A DNA stretch of 63,773 nucleotides, filler included, from Octopus bimaculoides (GCF_001194135.2; 3 parts of 3 records of this genome joined end to end with filler, not necessarily neighbours in it), one strand, 5' to 3'. Shown: positions 39,487 to 51,906, numbered from the whole stretch's first letter. The notes: a model not told the origin generated them from the sequence alone. Numbers and translations are program-made.

Positions 39487-40798
39487 CCCTTTCGTTACTA
39501 ACCCGGCCGTAGCCAGCTGAAAAACTTTTTGGTTCATAAGACTAACCCGGCCATAGCCGGCCGAGCGTACCCATTGTTATTTAAATGTATATTTGAACCC
39601 AAATCTCGTTAGTACATTCGTTAAAACACCTGATTTCACTTTGCAAACAGTTGAGTTATTGTCGCCAACATTGTTTGGCATGATATTTGAACTCAGTGAA
39701 TTTTGGAAGATTTTTTTCCACATTTTTTGCGGCGTTAATTTTTTTCAACTTTGAAGATGGAGAGGAGTTTCATGCTATCAAGCAGTGATTCCGAATTTGA
39801 AGGTTTTTCAACAGAAGATATGGAGATATCGAAGAAAAGAATGAATGAGCTACAAAAACNNNNNNNNNNNNNNNNNNNNNNNNNNNNNNNNNNNNNNNNN
39901 NNNNNNNNNNNNNNNNNNNNNNNNNNNNNNNNNNNNNNNNNNNNNNNNNNNNNNNNNNNNNNNNNNNNNNNNNNNNNNNNNNNNNNNNNNNNNNNNNNNN
40001 NNNNNNNNNNNNNNNNNNNNNNNNNNNNNNNNNNNNNNNNNNNNNNNNNNNNNNNNNNNNNNNNNNNNNNNNNNNNNNNNNNNNNNNNNNNNNNNNNNNN
40101 NNNNNNNNNNNNNNNNNNNNNNNNNNNNNNNNNNNNNNNNNNNNNNNNNNNNNNNNNNNNNNNNNNNNNNNNNNNNNNNNNNNNNNNNNNNNNNNNNNNN
40201 NNNNNNNNNNNNNNNNNNNNNNNNNNNNNNNNNNNNNNNNNNNNNNNNNNNNNNNNNNNNNNNNNNNNNNNNNNNNNNNNNNNNNNNNNNNNNNNNNNNN
40301 NNNNNNNNNNNNNNNNNNNNNNNNNNNCATGCTTGTTTGAAATGATTACTGCGGAAACAAACCGTTACGCAGAATGTAAACAAACCGGAAAAAAAAAAGA
40401 TAGCTTGCGGTTTCCTGCAACTGTAGATGAAATACGGGCATTTTTTGCCATAAATATTATTATGGGTATTAGACAGTTACCCAGAATAACAAATTACTGG
40501 AGCGATCAGGAACCTTTTGGCGATGACGATATTTCCATTATTATGAACGAGTACGATTCGTGAAGCTGAACCAATATTTACATGTGAGAGACACTAGCAG
40601 TACCCCAGAGACAAAAATTATGCAATAGAATTGATTAAGAACCCTTTCTTTAATTATGTTCCAAATATCACATTAATATGTTGATAAATAAAAAAGTTAC
40701 AGGTGTTTAATGAGACTAGTCTAAATTCATGGTTATTTTAGAATTTAATTGAAACTCATGAGGGGTGTATTTTGGTCAGAAATATAGTAACGAAAGGG
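39487..40798 (+). mobile_element. piggyBac transposon, internally deleted, with transposase N-terminal remnant
   Basis: TTAA (39483-39486) + CCCTTTCGTTACTA ... TAGTAACGAAAGGG + TTAA (40799-40802): perfect 14-bp TIR. ORF 39751-40563 has an acidic/Ser N-terminus and ITAETNRYA...VDEIRAFFAINIIMGIRQLPRITNYWS, then frameshifted RFVKLNQYLHVRD, typical of PGBD/DDE_Tnp_1_7. Confidence 0.93.
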
Positions 40799-41083
40799 TT
40801 AAAGAATACAATTCTATATTTACAAATCATTGCAGTTAAAGAAAACTAGATCATCTGATTAACAGAACATCATGGTTATACTAGTTCTTCAGATCTATGT
40901 ATAAATTAAAATCTTATCCCTACAACCCACACAAAACAATAAATTAAAATATCATCATTTCTAAAAATAGATTTGACATCATTTCTAAAAATAGCCAAAC
41001 ACCTACTGCTGCCGTCCAAAGGAATTGGTATAAAAGACAGAAAACCAGCCAACTTATTACAGTCTGTTAAAGTCTGTCATACC

Positions 41084-41123
41084 GGCCATGACGAAGGGAA
41101 ATAGCCCTGAAACTCGAGTCGCC
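41084..41123 (+). ncRNA. Minimal type I hammerhead-ribozyme-like motif (Penelope-type)
   Basis: GGC-C(A)UGACGA-AGGG/AAAUAG/CCCU-GAAA-C-UCGA-GUC|GCC. Stem II is 4 bp, stem III is the palindrome ACUCGAGU, the cleavage triplet is GUC, and stem I is GGC/GCC. One extra A sits in the core. Confidence 0.7.
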
Positions 41124-41645
41124 TTTATATATATATATTTATATATTTGATCCTTTATATTGAACACTCAATATTTCATCTACATTCAATACTTTCTTTC
41201 ATGGTGCCATCCATTTTTATTTTATTTTATTTTATATTGTATATTGTATATTATATTATATATTGTATATTCCATATTCTATNNNNNNNNNNNNNNNNNN
41301 NNNNNNNNNNNNNNNNNNNNNNNNNNNNNNNNNNNNNNNNNNNNNNNNNNNNNNNNNNNNNNNNNNNNNNNNNNNNNNNNNNNNNNNNNNNNNNNNNNNN
41401 NNNNNNNNNNNNNNNNNNNNNNNNNNNNNNNNNNNNNNNNNNNNNNNNNNNNNNNNNNNNNNNNNNNNNNNNNNNNNNNNNNNNNNNNNNNNNNNNNNNN
41501 NNNNNNNNNNNNNNNNNNNNNNNNNNNNNNNNNNNNNNNNNNNNNNNNNNNNNNNNNNNNNNNNNNNNNNNNNNNNNNNNNNNNNNNNNNNNNNNNNNNN
41601 NNNNNNNNNNNNNNNNNNNNNNNNNNNNNNNNNNNNNNNNNNNNN

Positions 41646-41679
<34 letters not shown>

Positions 41680-43249
41680 TATTTATTCTTTTAATTGAAT
41701 GTGATGCATTCATTTCCAAGTAAGTTTATCTTCACCTTTTTGATGCGACTCTCTACTCTATACTGTTTTCTTTCTGGATCTTTCTCTAATTCCCCTTTTC
41801 TCCCCCTCCCACCTTCAAAAGTTTCTATCTGCCTCTCTCTCTCTCTCTTTCTCCTCCTACTCCTGTTTCTCTTTTTTTTCTCTTTCTCTCTCATTGCTTA
41901 CATATTTAGCTCATTTATTTACATATTTCATGTTGTTTGCACTGTTGGTGACATCCTGTACCCATATATGCATGTATATATAAATCTGCTTGCTTGCTTC
42001 ATGCTCTTACTTGATGGGACTAAGGGTCATTCCAAGTCAGAGGCATCATCATGCATAGAGCTGAACAAGTCCATCAGTACTCTCCATTGCTGATGATCTT
42101 GCATGCATAGATCGCATGCAGTGGGACTGAACCCAGAACCATGCAGTTGGGAAGCAATGCCTGTAATGAATTAATTAGTATTTGTACCTAGTCTTGTAGT
42201 TCTAAGTTATACAGTCTTTGTACCAAGTTCTTATATAAAATTGTGTTGGAAGCTTTAAACATAAAGGGGTCAGCTTTGTATCCTAGGACCAGGGATAGTT
42301 TGGTGTGAGTCAGCATCCAAAAGGGTCAATTACTTTCATGTTTTCTCCTTCTCAACTCCAATCCTTCATTTGCGTCTCAAACCAATCCATCACAGTTTTT
42401 TCCTTTCTATTTTATGCTCCTGTCACCCTTTAATAGTAATATCACAGGCTGACTGTCAGTACTTTTGCTCTTTTTGCAAGTGGTTGGTCAGTAGTGTCTG
42501 GTGTCCAACAACATAATGCAGGCATTAAATAAGCTAATAATTTAAATGAAGTTTATTAAGTTCCATATTTAATAACATTATAAGACATGCATATTTTCCA
42601 AAATCCTGGGTTCTGTATTTGAAATTGAGCCTATCATCACCATCACTGCCATCATCATCATCATCATCGTCGTCATCATCATCACCATCATTATCGTCGT
42701 CATCATCACCATCATCGTCGTCATAATCATCATCATCATCATCGTCATAATCATCATCATCATCATTATCACCATCATCATTGTCGTCGTCGTCATCATC
42801 ATCATCATCGTCATCATCATCATCACCATCACCGCCATCATCATCATCTCATCCTTTAACATCTGTTTTCTGTTATGGTATGGATTGAATGATTTAACCA
42901 GAGCTGGTCAACTGGAGAGCTGCACGAGGTTTGAGCCTGATTTGATTTGGTTTCTATAGCTTGATGCCCTTCCTAATGCTAACCCCTTTTTTCAGTGTAT
43001 GCTGGAAGCTTTTAACGTGGCATCAGTATGAGCACTTTTATGTGGCACTGGCATGAATGCTTTTCATGTGTTGCTGACACAGGACTCTTGCAGGCCAATC
43101 CTCTTCCCCTGGGGTGTGTGGCCTTAACACTTCTGCTGTTGAGGATGGGTCTTCTTGAGTATAGCAAGGTACCAGGTAGTTTGGTCCTCTTTTAGTATCT
43201 AGATCACATGACCAAAGGAGTGCCACCTTTACTCTATTTGATGTGTTAA

Positions 43250-43472
43250 CCCTTTAGCATTTAAAGCGGCCATATCCAACCTAAATATATTCTACCCGTT
43301 CTATATTCAAACTGGTCAGATCTGGCCTCTCACATCTACTCAACAATATCATTCTTAAAATAAACAAACCCATCATTGAAATCTCAAAGCTGCAAGACAA
43401 TGCATGATTAATTGAAAACAATCTGAATAAAGAAGCAATTACATTCAACAGCATAATCCGGATGTTAACGGA
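43250..43472. mobile_element. piggyBac-type MITE
   Basis: TTAA|CCCTTTAGCATT ... GATGTTAACGGA|TTAA; degenerate TIR (8/12). Confidence 0.6.
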
Positions 43473-45019
43473 TTAATGCACTAAAACCATCTTTCCCCTG
43501 CACATGCGCTGCTGAAAGTGGGAGATGTGTCTCTCGTGCCTGTGCATCTTTTATGTGACCAGATCTGGTAATCTGTTCCTGCAAAGTGGTGTGGGGGAGG
43601 GAGAGTGCAAACCCCACCCTCATCCTGTACAGCTCAACTTTCCACTCCACCCATGGCCTCTGCTCTCATTGCTGACCACAGTTTCCTGACACGACACAAT
43701 TTCTTCACACTTCTACAAGTGTTATGATCTTACAATCTCATACAGACATGAAATTGTGAAGAACCCAGACACATTCCTCCCTCCCTCCCACTCCTTTTTT
43801 CTTTCTCTCTTACATTTTGTCTTTCTCCTATTTCCCCCCACTCTCTCTACTTCTACATCCCTCCCTTTCCTCCCCCTTTCTTTTTCTTTTTTTTCTCTTT
43901 GTTCCTCTTCACTGTTTATCTAATTTTACATCTCTCCCAACATTCTTGTTTATCTATCTGTCTCTGTCTGTCTGCCTCTGTCTGTCTGTCTCTCTCTCAA
44001 ACTCTCAGTCACCTCTCTGTTCTCTTACAGTCTCTCTCTCTCTCTCTGTCCATCTCTCCTTCACTTTCCTCTCCCCACACCTCTCTAAGAATTAAATCAA
44101 TGAGTGTGGGGTGGGAAAGAATATAATGGTTGCTTGGTAGGTTGGTGATAGTAAAATAACTAAGTCAATATACAAAAACATTTCATCAACAAACACACCC
44201 CTGCCACTCACCTCACTTCACCTTCCACCAAAAACAATATAATGCCATTGCCACTGCCATGACCACCACCACTACAACTAATTCTACCACGTCCACCTCT
44301 TCTACCTCCACCCCCATAGCAACTATCACCACTACTACCAAGACACACCACCACCACAACTACCACCAAAACACCAACAAAAACAGCAGCCAGTACTACC
44401 ACCTCCACCACCACCACCATTCCTACTACTACTACTACTAAAATCACCATTACTATCACCACCAACACCCCCACCACCACAATTATCACCTCCAATATTG
44501 TCATGATGATGACGACCACCACCACAACCACCACCGTCATCACCACAAGAACAAATAAACATTAACAAACAGCAATAATCTCTAAAATGATCAGTTAGCA
44601 CACGATAATGTGATAATACAATGCGATAATGCAATGTAATACAACAACAACAACAACAACAACAACAGCAGCAGCAGCATTAATGATTTCCATTTTTATT
44701 TAATATTGTTTATATCTTTCAATAATGATTACTTGAATATTGCCATAATAATAATGATAATAATGGTTCCAAATTTTGGCAGAGGACTGTTTGTTTTTGA
44801 GGGGAGGGGCTAAGTTGATTACATCACCAGAACTACTTGACTGGTACTTACTTTTGTCAACCCTGGAAGAATGAAAAGCAAAGTTGACCTCATTGAAATT
44901 TGAACTCAGGCTGTAAAGATGGGCAAAATTACTACTGAACATTTCGTCTGGTGTGCTGACAATCCTGTCAGCTTGTCCCCTTAGTAGTAGTACTAATAAT
45001 AATATTTGTAATATAATAA

Positions 45020-45360
45020 TACGGAGACCCCCTTCGGTCATGACTGACCATGGGATTGTACCTAGGAAATTACCCTCCCAGGCACAAGTCCAGGTAAGGT
45101 TGTTTTATGGAAGGCCAGCAGTTGTCCATGCATACTGGCCTCCCCTCTCCATGCCACTGACGTTATCCAAGGGAAAGGTAAAGGCTGATACAGCTTTGCA
45201 CCTGTGACGTTACAGCTCATTTCTACAGCTGAGTGAACTGGAATAACTTGAAATAAAGTGCATTGCTCAAGAACACAACATGCAGCCCGGTCTGGGATTC
45301 GAACTCACAACCTCACGATTGTAAGCTCAATGCTGTAACCATTGAGTCATGCGCCCTCAC
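45020..45360 (-). mobile_element. tRNA-derived SINE family D, full length
   Basis: Head reverse complement GGGATTCGAACTCAC...CCATTGAGTCATGCGCCCTCAC and central GCTGAGTGAACTGG...CTCAAGAACACAAC. Related copies at about 560, 17950, 19330, 26500 and 50200. Confidence 0.85.
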
Positions 45361-45394
45361 TTAATAATAATGATAATAATAATAGTAATAATAA

Positions 45395-45607
45395 TGGTTT
45401 CAAATTTTGGCATCAGGCCAGCAATTTTGAGGGAGGGGGTAAGACGAATACATTGACCTCAGTACTCATCTAGTACTTATTTTATCAACCCTGAAAGGAT
45501 GAAAAGCAAGGTCAACCTCAGTGGTATTTGAACTCAGAATGCAAAGCTGGACGGAATGTCATTAAGCATTTTTCCCGACATGCTAATGATTCTGCCCACT
45601 CACTGCC

Positions 45608-45647
<40 letters not shown>

Positions 45648-46110
45648 TATTAATAATATATACCTTTCTAACACAGTCACAAGGTCTGACATTTTTGGGG
45701 AGGGGACTAGTCAATTACATTGACCCCAGTGTTTCACTGGTACTTAATTTATCAACTCCAAAAGAATCAAAGTTGACCTAGGTGGAATTTGATCTCAGAA
45801 TGTAAAAGCGGACAAAATGGCACTAAGTATTTCACACGGTGTGCTAACGATTCTACCAGCTCACTGCCTTCGATGATAATAATAATAATAATAATAATAA
45901 TCCTTTTGACTATGGCCACAAGAACTGAAATTTTGTGAGATGTAGTAGGTCAGTTACATTGACCCCAGTGCTTGACTGGCACTTGACCCCAAAATGATGA
46001 AGGGCAAAGTTGACTTCATTGACTGTAAAAAAAAAAATAACAAAAAAACAACAAAATGCAGCTAAGCATTTTGTCTGCCATATTAGCAATTCTGCCAACT
46101 TGCTGCCTGT
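45395..46110 (-). mobile_element. Three tandem family A SINEs separated by (TAA)n
   Basis: Copies at about 45395-45610, 45660-45870 and 45905-46110. Confidence 0.85.
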
Positions 46111-46129
46111 AGACAATATTCCAACGCTA

Positions 46130-46443
46130 AAACATAAGAACTGACTATAAATGGTACATGACAACAACCAGGCCATAGTCATCTGTGATATGCCTGTTCA
46201 AACTGACAAAGAACTAAAAGCTAATTATCCAGACATAATAGTCAAGGATTGGAATAAAGTATTCAAGATATGAAACATGAAGGTGAAAAAAATACCAGTA
46301 ATAATTGGAGCATTGGGCATGATAAAAAAAAACATGAATAAAAGTGTAGCAGCTTTACCTGGATCCTCAACACTACACACAATCCAAAAAGTAGCCCTGC
46401 TAGGAACAGCCCACATCCTACACAAAACACTATCAATTCAATA
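46130..46443 (+). mobile_element. R4/Dong endonuclease 3' fragment
   Basis: DMPVQTDKELKANYPDIIVKD...IPVIIGALGMIKK...IQKVALLGTAHILHKTLSIQ*. Confidence 0.85.
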
Positions 46444-46754
46444 ATACAACCCAAACAAAACAATCCACAAACACAAGACACACTCTATATAGCAAATATT
46501 CAATAAAATAAACAACCACCAGCAGGCCAAATACCCAATGCATTACACACACAACACGCAATATAAACACTAATACAACACAAGACTGCACCAGACCCCA
46601 TAACAAAAGAAACTAGTGCAATACAATACTGGGAAGGGTTTGCATTTACCCAATAACAAAAACAAAATACACAATACTGCACACACCCAACAAGTTGAAA
46701 GTGTAGCAGGTGATGCAGTAGAAATCTGCCTGAAACTATCAAATGTTTCTCAGT

Positions 46755-47400
46755 TACATTTTCAGTGGTAGTCTGATTCTTCTATTATACTGTTTTCCAA
46801 TTTTCCCCTTTAGTTCTTTGTGTTGTATGTTACCAGTTTTATCTCTTCCTAAATATGTTATGTTAAAGTTTATCACTCTAATAACTTGTGTATTTATACC
46901 TATTATTTTATTTCTAGCATTGAGTCATATAATATCATTTTCATCTCTTCCTAAAATATGGTTGGTTCTGTTCTAAGTTTTTGATTTCAATATCTCTCTC
47001 TCTCTTTAATTTAGTGTCCCCACTTCCAGTTAATAATCCCCTTCATGTATGTTTGTCTAACCCTTTGTACATTTTTATGTCTTGGTTAACTTTATGAACA
47101 ATTTTTAGTACATTTGAAAGTCGATACTGTCTCTTTTAAATATTTTTATGTCATGCATTTAAAGGAGATGGTTTATAGTTTGTTCATAGTATTTATAGCC
47201 ATTGGTGACTTCTTTCAATAGGTTTGTTAATGTGGTCAGAGCCGGAGAGAAGAGTAGAGAGGATAGTGAATATCCATGGAAGATTCCTCATCTTATGAGT
47301 AAAGGGCAGATTTTAATTATCTTTACTTTGTCATGTAAACGATATGGCTGCTTTTGCATTTTGACATGATATATCTGATATGGTAGTTGTGTTGAATAAC
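46755..47400 (-). mobile_element. R4/Dong reverse-transcriptase remnant, scrambled
   Basis: *GIFHGYSLSSLLF...INHLL*MHDIKIF (RGIFQGDSLSPLLF / YMDD motifs), DIKMYKGLDK, and YLG...IQHKELKGKIGKQYNRRIRL. Confidence 0.8.
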
Positions 47401-47605
47401 TGCCAGAACCTTAGAGCATTGTACAAAATGCTTGCCGCCATTTCTTTTAGTTCTTTACATTCTGAGTTCAAATCCTGCCAAGGTCAATATTGCCTTCCAT
47501 CTTTGTAAGGTTAATAAAGTATCAATAAAGTATTGGGGTTGACAGTATTAACTGATCCCTTTCCCTTAAAATGCTGATCATAGGTACAAGCATGACTGTG
47601 TGTTA

Positions 47606-47875
47606 AGATTCTTATATTTACTTAATTTGTCAAATTCCTTTACAGATGTATTTTTATTATCTATTGGTCAACAAGTATTTTCTCCCCCTCTCCTTTAATA
47701 ATTATGTCTGGTCATTTAGCTTGCATTGTTCTATCGGTGTTAACTGGAAAATCCCAGAGGATAGAGACATTTTTACCATCAACGACGGGCTCAGCTTGAT
47801 TTTCATACCAGTAAGCAGGAGTGCCAATTTTGTAGTGCTTACATATTTTCCAATGTAAATACTGCCCTACCCTAT
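47606..47875 (-). mobile_element. R4/Dong endonuclease fragment
   Basis: GQYLHWKICKHY...ILWDFPVNTDRTMQAK*PDII...KEFDKLSKYKNL. Confidence 0.85.
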
Positions 47876-48196
47876 TATTATAAATCATTATTATTATCAT
47901 TGTTGTTGTTATAGAATAAAACTTTATTATTATTATTATTTATTAATATCATTATTATCAAGCTTTTTATTTGAAGAACCTATCAGTTGTTATTGTACTG
48001 TTTCATGCAGTCAAGAAATTCTCAAAACATAATTTATAGTCATCATACAACAGTAAATTTTATTGAACAGAAATAAAAGCAACTGAATTAAATCATTTTT
48101 TTTAATATTTATCTTTACAGTGTTGATATTGATTTTGTATTTTATTTCTAAATTTCTCTGTATTCTTTTTTTTCTTTCTCTATTTTGTTTTGTCAG

Positions 48197-48295
48197 TTGG
48201 TGGACATGCTGAAGGGCTCATAATTGCATCAAAAGAAGGGTTACCCACAGATACAGTTACTTTGAAATGGTGTACCCCAAAATCTAATCTTGTTG
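48197..48295 (+). CDS. INTS13: INTS13/Asunder internal coding exon (99 nt, phase 1 to phase 1): (V)GGHAEGLIIASKEGLPTDTVTLKWCTPKSNLV
   Basis: TTTTGTTTTGTCAG acceptor; GTTG|GTAGGT donor; only one of the three frames is open. TVTLKWCTP matches recalled human ETITLKWCTPR, which follows the previous exon's peptide. Confidence 0.92.
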
Positions 48296-48837
48296 GTAGG
48301 TTATTTCTGGTTTTTATTGTATTTTATTGTTGTTGAGACTATTTCGGCACAGACCTGGCTGTGTGCGGAATGGTTAAGAAATTTACTTTGATATTCATTT
48401 CTGATCCACCCTGAAGTGTTTCCAGTTTTTTGGGGTAGAAAGAAACCGTTTGGAAATATGAAGTTAACTGGAAACTTGCGTGGAAGACATTATCATTATT
48501 ATGGCCCCATTATCAACATTATTGTCAATAATATCACAGCACCACCATTGTCATTATTATCACCACTATGAACGTTATAACTGTTATCACCGTTATCATA
48601 CTCTCACCGTTATTGACGTAAAGGCCATTATCATCACCACCACCACCACCACCACCACCATGGCCCCCACTGATATTACCACTAACACCATAACGATAGC
48701 AACAAAGGCAATACACTGTTGGAACAACAGAGACATACATAGATACATGGACAGACACACCTGAACATGCACTAACACACACACACATACATGCATGCAC
48801 AAATAGACAGACACACTGGCACACACATAGACTCACC

Positions 48838-48879
<42 letters not shown>

Positions 48880-49974
48880 TGCATACTCAGACAGACAAGC
48901 ACACACATGCACAGTCACACACAATGACATATTCACACACATTCATACACACACACACACACACACACACTCTTTCTCTCTCTCTAATACATAAGTACAC
49001 ATACACACTAACACGTAGGAACACATACATACACTTACACACTCACACACACACACACCCATAGACATACTCTAACACAAGCACACATGCACATGCACAC
49101 TTACACACTCAAATAGACACACAAGCACATGCATGCATACACACACACATACACACACCAACGTTTCTTAATGCATATTCNNNNNNNNNNNNNNNNNNNN
49201 NNNNNNNNNNNNNNNNNNNNNNNNNNNNNNNNNNNNNNNNNNNNNNNNNNNNNNNNNNNNNNNNNNNNNNNNNNNNNNNNNNNNNNNNNNNNNNNNNNNN
49301 NNNNNNNNNNNNNNNNNNNNNNNNNNNNNNNNNNNNNNNNNNNNNNNNNNNNNNNNNNNNNNNNNNNNNNNNNNNNNNNNNNNNNNNNNNNNNNNNNNNN
49401 NNNNNNNNNNNNNNNNNNNNNNNNNNNNNNNNNNNNNNNNNNNNNNNNNNNNNNNNNNNNNNNNNNNNNNNNNNNNNNNNNNNNNNNNNNNNNNNNNNNN
49501 NNNNNNNNNNNNNNNNNNNNNNNNNNNNNNNNNNNNNNNNNNNNNNNNNNNNNNNNNNNNNNNNNNNNNNNNNNNNNNNNNNNNNNNNNNNNNNNNNNNN
49601 NNNNNNNNNNNNNNNNNNNNNNNNNNNNNNNNNNNNNNNNNNNNNNNNNNNNNNNNNNNNNNNNNNNNNNNNNNNNNNNNNNNNNNNNNNNNNNNNNNNN
49701 NNNNNNNNNNNNNNNNNNNNNNNNNNNNNNNNNNNNNNNNNNNNNNNNNNNNNNNNNNNNNNNNNNNNNNNNNNNNNNNNNNNNNNNNNNNNNNNNNNNN
49801 NNNNNNNNNNNNNNNNNNNNNNNNNNNNNNNNNNNNNNNNNNNNNNNNNNNNNNNNNNNNNNNNNNNNNNNNNNNNNNNNNNNNNNNNNNNNNNNNNNNN
49901 NNNNNNNNNNNNNNNNNNNNNNNNNNNNNNNNNNNAGCCTGTCGTATATATGTATATACATGTACGTGTGTGTA

Positions 49975-50430
49975 TGTGTTTGTGTGTCTGTGTTTGTCCC
50001 CCCAACATCGCTTGACAACTGATGCTGGTGTGTTTACGTCCCCGTAACTTAGCGGTTCAGCAAAAGAGCCTGATAGAATAAGTACTAGGCTTACAAAGAA
50101 TAAGTCCTGGGGTCAATTTGTTCGACCAAAGGCGGTGCTCCAGCATGGCTGCAGTCAAATGACTGAAACAAGTAAAAGAGTAAAGAGTAAAAGAGTATAT
50201 GGAGGCACATGGCTCAGTGGTAAGTGTGATACACATGATTGTAAGATTGTGGTTTCAGTTCTTCAGCTAGGCACTGTGTTGTATTCTTGAGTAAAATACT
50301 TTATTTTCATGTTGCTCCAGTCCATTCATGTGGTAAAACTGAATAATCCCGTGATAAACTGGCTTCCCATTCAGGGCTTTAGATATATATGCCACAGAAT
50401 CCAGGAAACTGGCCCTATGAGTCTATAATG
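49975..50430 (+). mobile_element. Family B tail (relatively young) followed by a family D SINE
   Basis: GCTTGACAACTGATGCTGG...CAGCATGGCTGCAGTCAAATGACTGAAACAAGTAAAAGAG, then GGCACATGGCTCAGTGGT. Confidence 0.8.
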
Positions 50431-50688
50431 AATTAGGAAAGATTTTTATCCTTTATACGCACACACACACACACACACAGACATGTATAAATTATTTATA
50501 TGTATGTGTGAATGATATATATATATATATGTATATGTATAGATATACACACGCATATGTGTACGTGTATCTATTACCCAATATATATATATGTACATGG
50601 ATTCACACACAGACACACATAGTTTTCCATGACAGAAATTGAAATAGCTGTAAATAATGGTGTGTAAATATATGTATGCCTATACACC

Positions 50689-50738
<50 letters not shown>

Positions 50739-51053
50739 TGTAATAAGTATACACATACAGACCTGTATGTGAAATTTTAAATTTCAAACTTTTACAACTA
50801 CTTCAGTTGTGTGTGTGTGTGTGCGTGCATGCATGTGTTTGTGTGTGTGTGTGTGTGTGACAGAATGAATCTATTAATATTCAACAGCTTGATACTTCCA
50901 TTTTACGGTTGTCAATCAACAAACTTTATTGCAATCATTTTATTAATTTCAATATGCCAAACAAAAAGCCCAAATAAATCATTACGTCACCTTCCATACA
51001 TATTGTGACATGTACAGGCTACCTTACCGAACCTTGTTCTATAGCAGGGTCAT

Positions 51054-51359
51054 AGTACAGAGATCAGAGTATCTTGCCAGGTTGAGCTGCAAATTCTCCA
51101 CAATGAGAGCTCACAGCTCCAGTACTGCTGCCAACATCATTAGAATTCGCAGGAAAAAATCATGAAACAGATTCTTGAAACTGAGGCAACCAGCAGAAGT
51201 TGTAGGAGGAGACCAAGAGCGTGGCATTTGGATAATATCCAAAGACTAAGCTGGTCACACTTGGGAATCCAGCCAGAAAATTTAATGACAGTTGCTTCTG
51301 AAAGGACCTTATAGAAGAGATGCTTGAGAACTCTAGCCCCACAACCCATCCAGGGATGG
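51054..51359 (+). mobile_element. RTE-clade LINE C-terminal remnant
   Basis: One frame with two stops: STEIRVSCQVE...SQLQY...KQILE...RRRPRAWHLDNIQRLSWSHLGIQPENL..VASERTL*. Matches the post-RT RTE tail (RSQLRWYGHV / GRPR..W.D). Confidence 0.8.
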
Positions 51360-51664
51360 TGGGCAGGGAAGATGGTTGGGTGGATGTTCTGTTTAGTGGC
51401 TGGTATAACTAATGTGATTAACTAAATTCAGTATTACAAAGTGTATTTTTTGGAATTTCAGAATCACTTTTGGAAATTAATAATAAAATGCAATGTATGT
51501 CATTTTATTCTTTTACTTGTTTCAGTCATTTGACTGTGGCCATGCTGGAGCGTCACCTTTTAGTTGAAGAAATTGACCCCAGGACTTATTCTTTGTAAAC
51601 CTGGTACTTATTCTATTATTCTCTTTTGCTGAACCGCAAAGTTACTGGGATGTAAACACACCAA

Positions 51665-51893
51665 CATTACATAAATATATATTCTAATATGTGACCGCGT
51701 GTGTATTGTTGGCGATTTTCTTTCTCCGTCTTCCCTTCTTTGTACTTTTTCTATATTTCTAATGAAGAGCTCCGCTCGAAACGTGAAGTCCTCTTTCTCT
51801 TCTTTCCTTTCCTGAGCGTCCAATAACACTGTACCTATTCCATGTACTTATGTTGTTGTTTTTTCTTGCTTGTTCGTGTTTGAATTGATTGTA
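51665..51893 (+). mobile_element. Penelope-like terminal-repeat fragment with a degenerate hammerhead core, inside a family B SINE
   Basis: CTAATGA-A-GAGC/TCC/GCTC-GAAACGT at 51759-51784 (CUGAUGA with G to A). It interrupts the minus-strand SINE at 51502-52122. Confidence 0.65.
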
Positions 51894-51906
51894 TATATAT
51901 ATACAT

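Noticed and set aside
43500-43600. Minus-strand WSHKRC motif resembling the PHD-like insert of some RTE LINEs
   Set aside because: The flanking cysteines are missing; too little to call.
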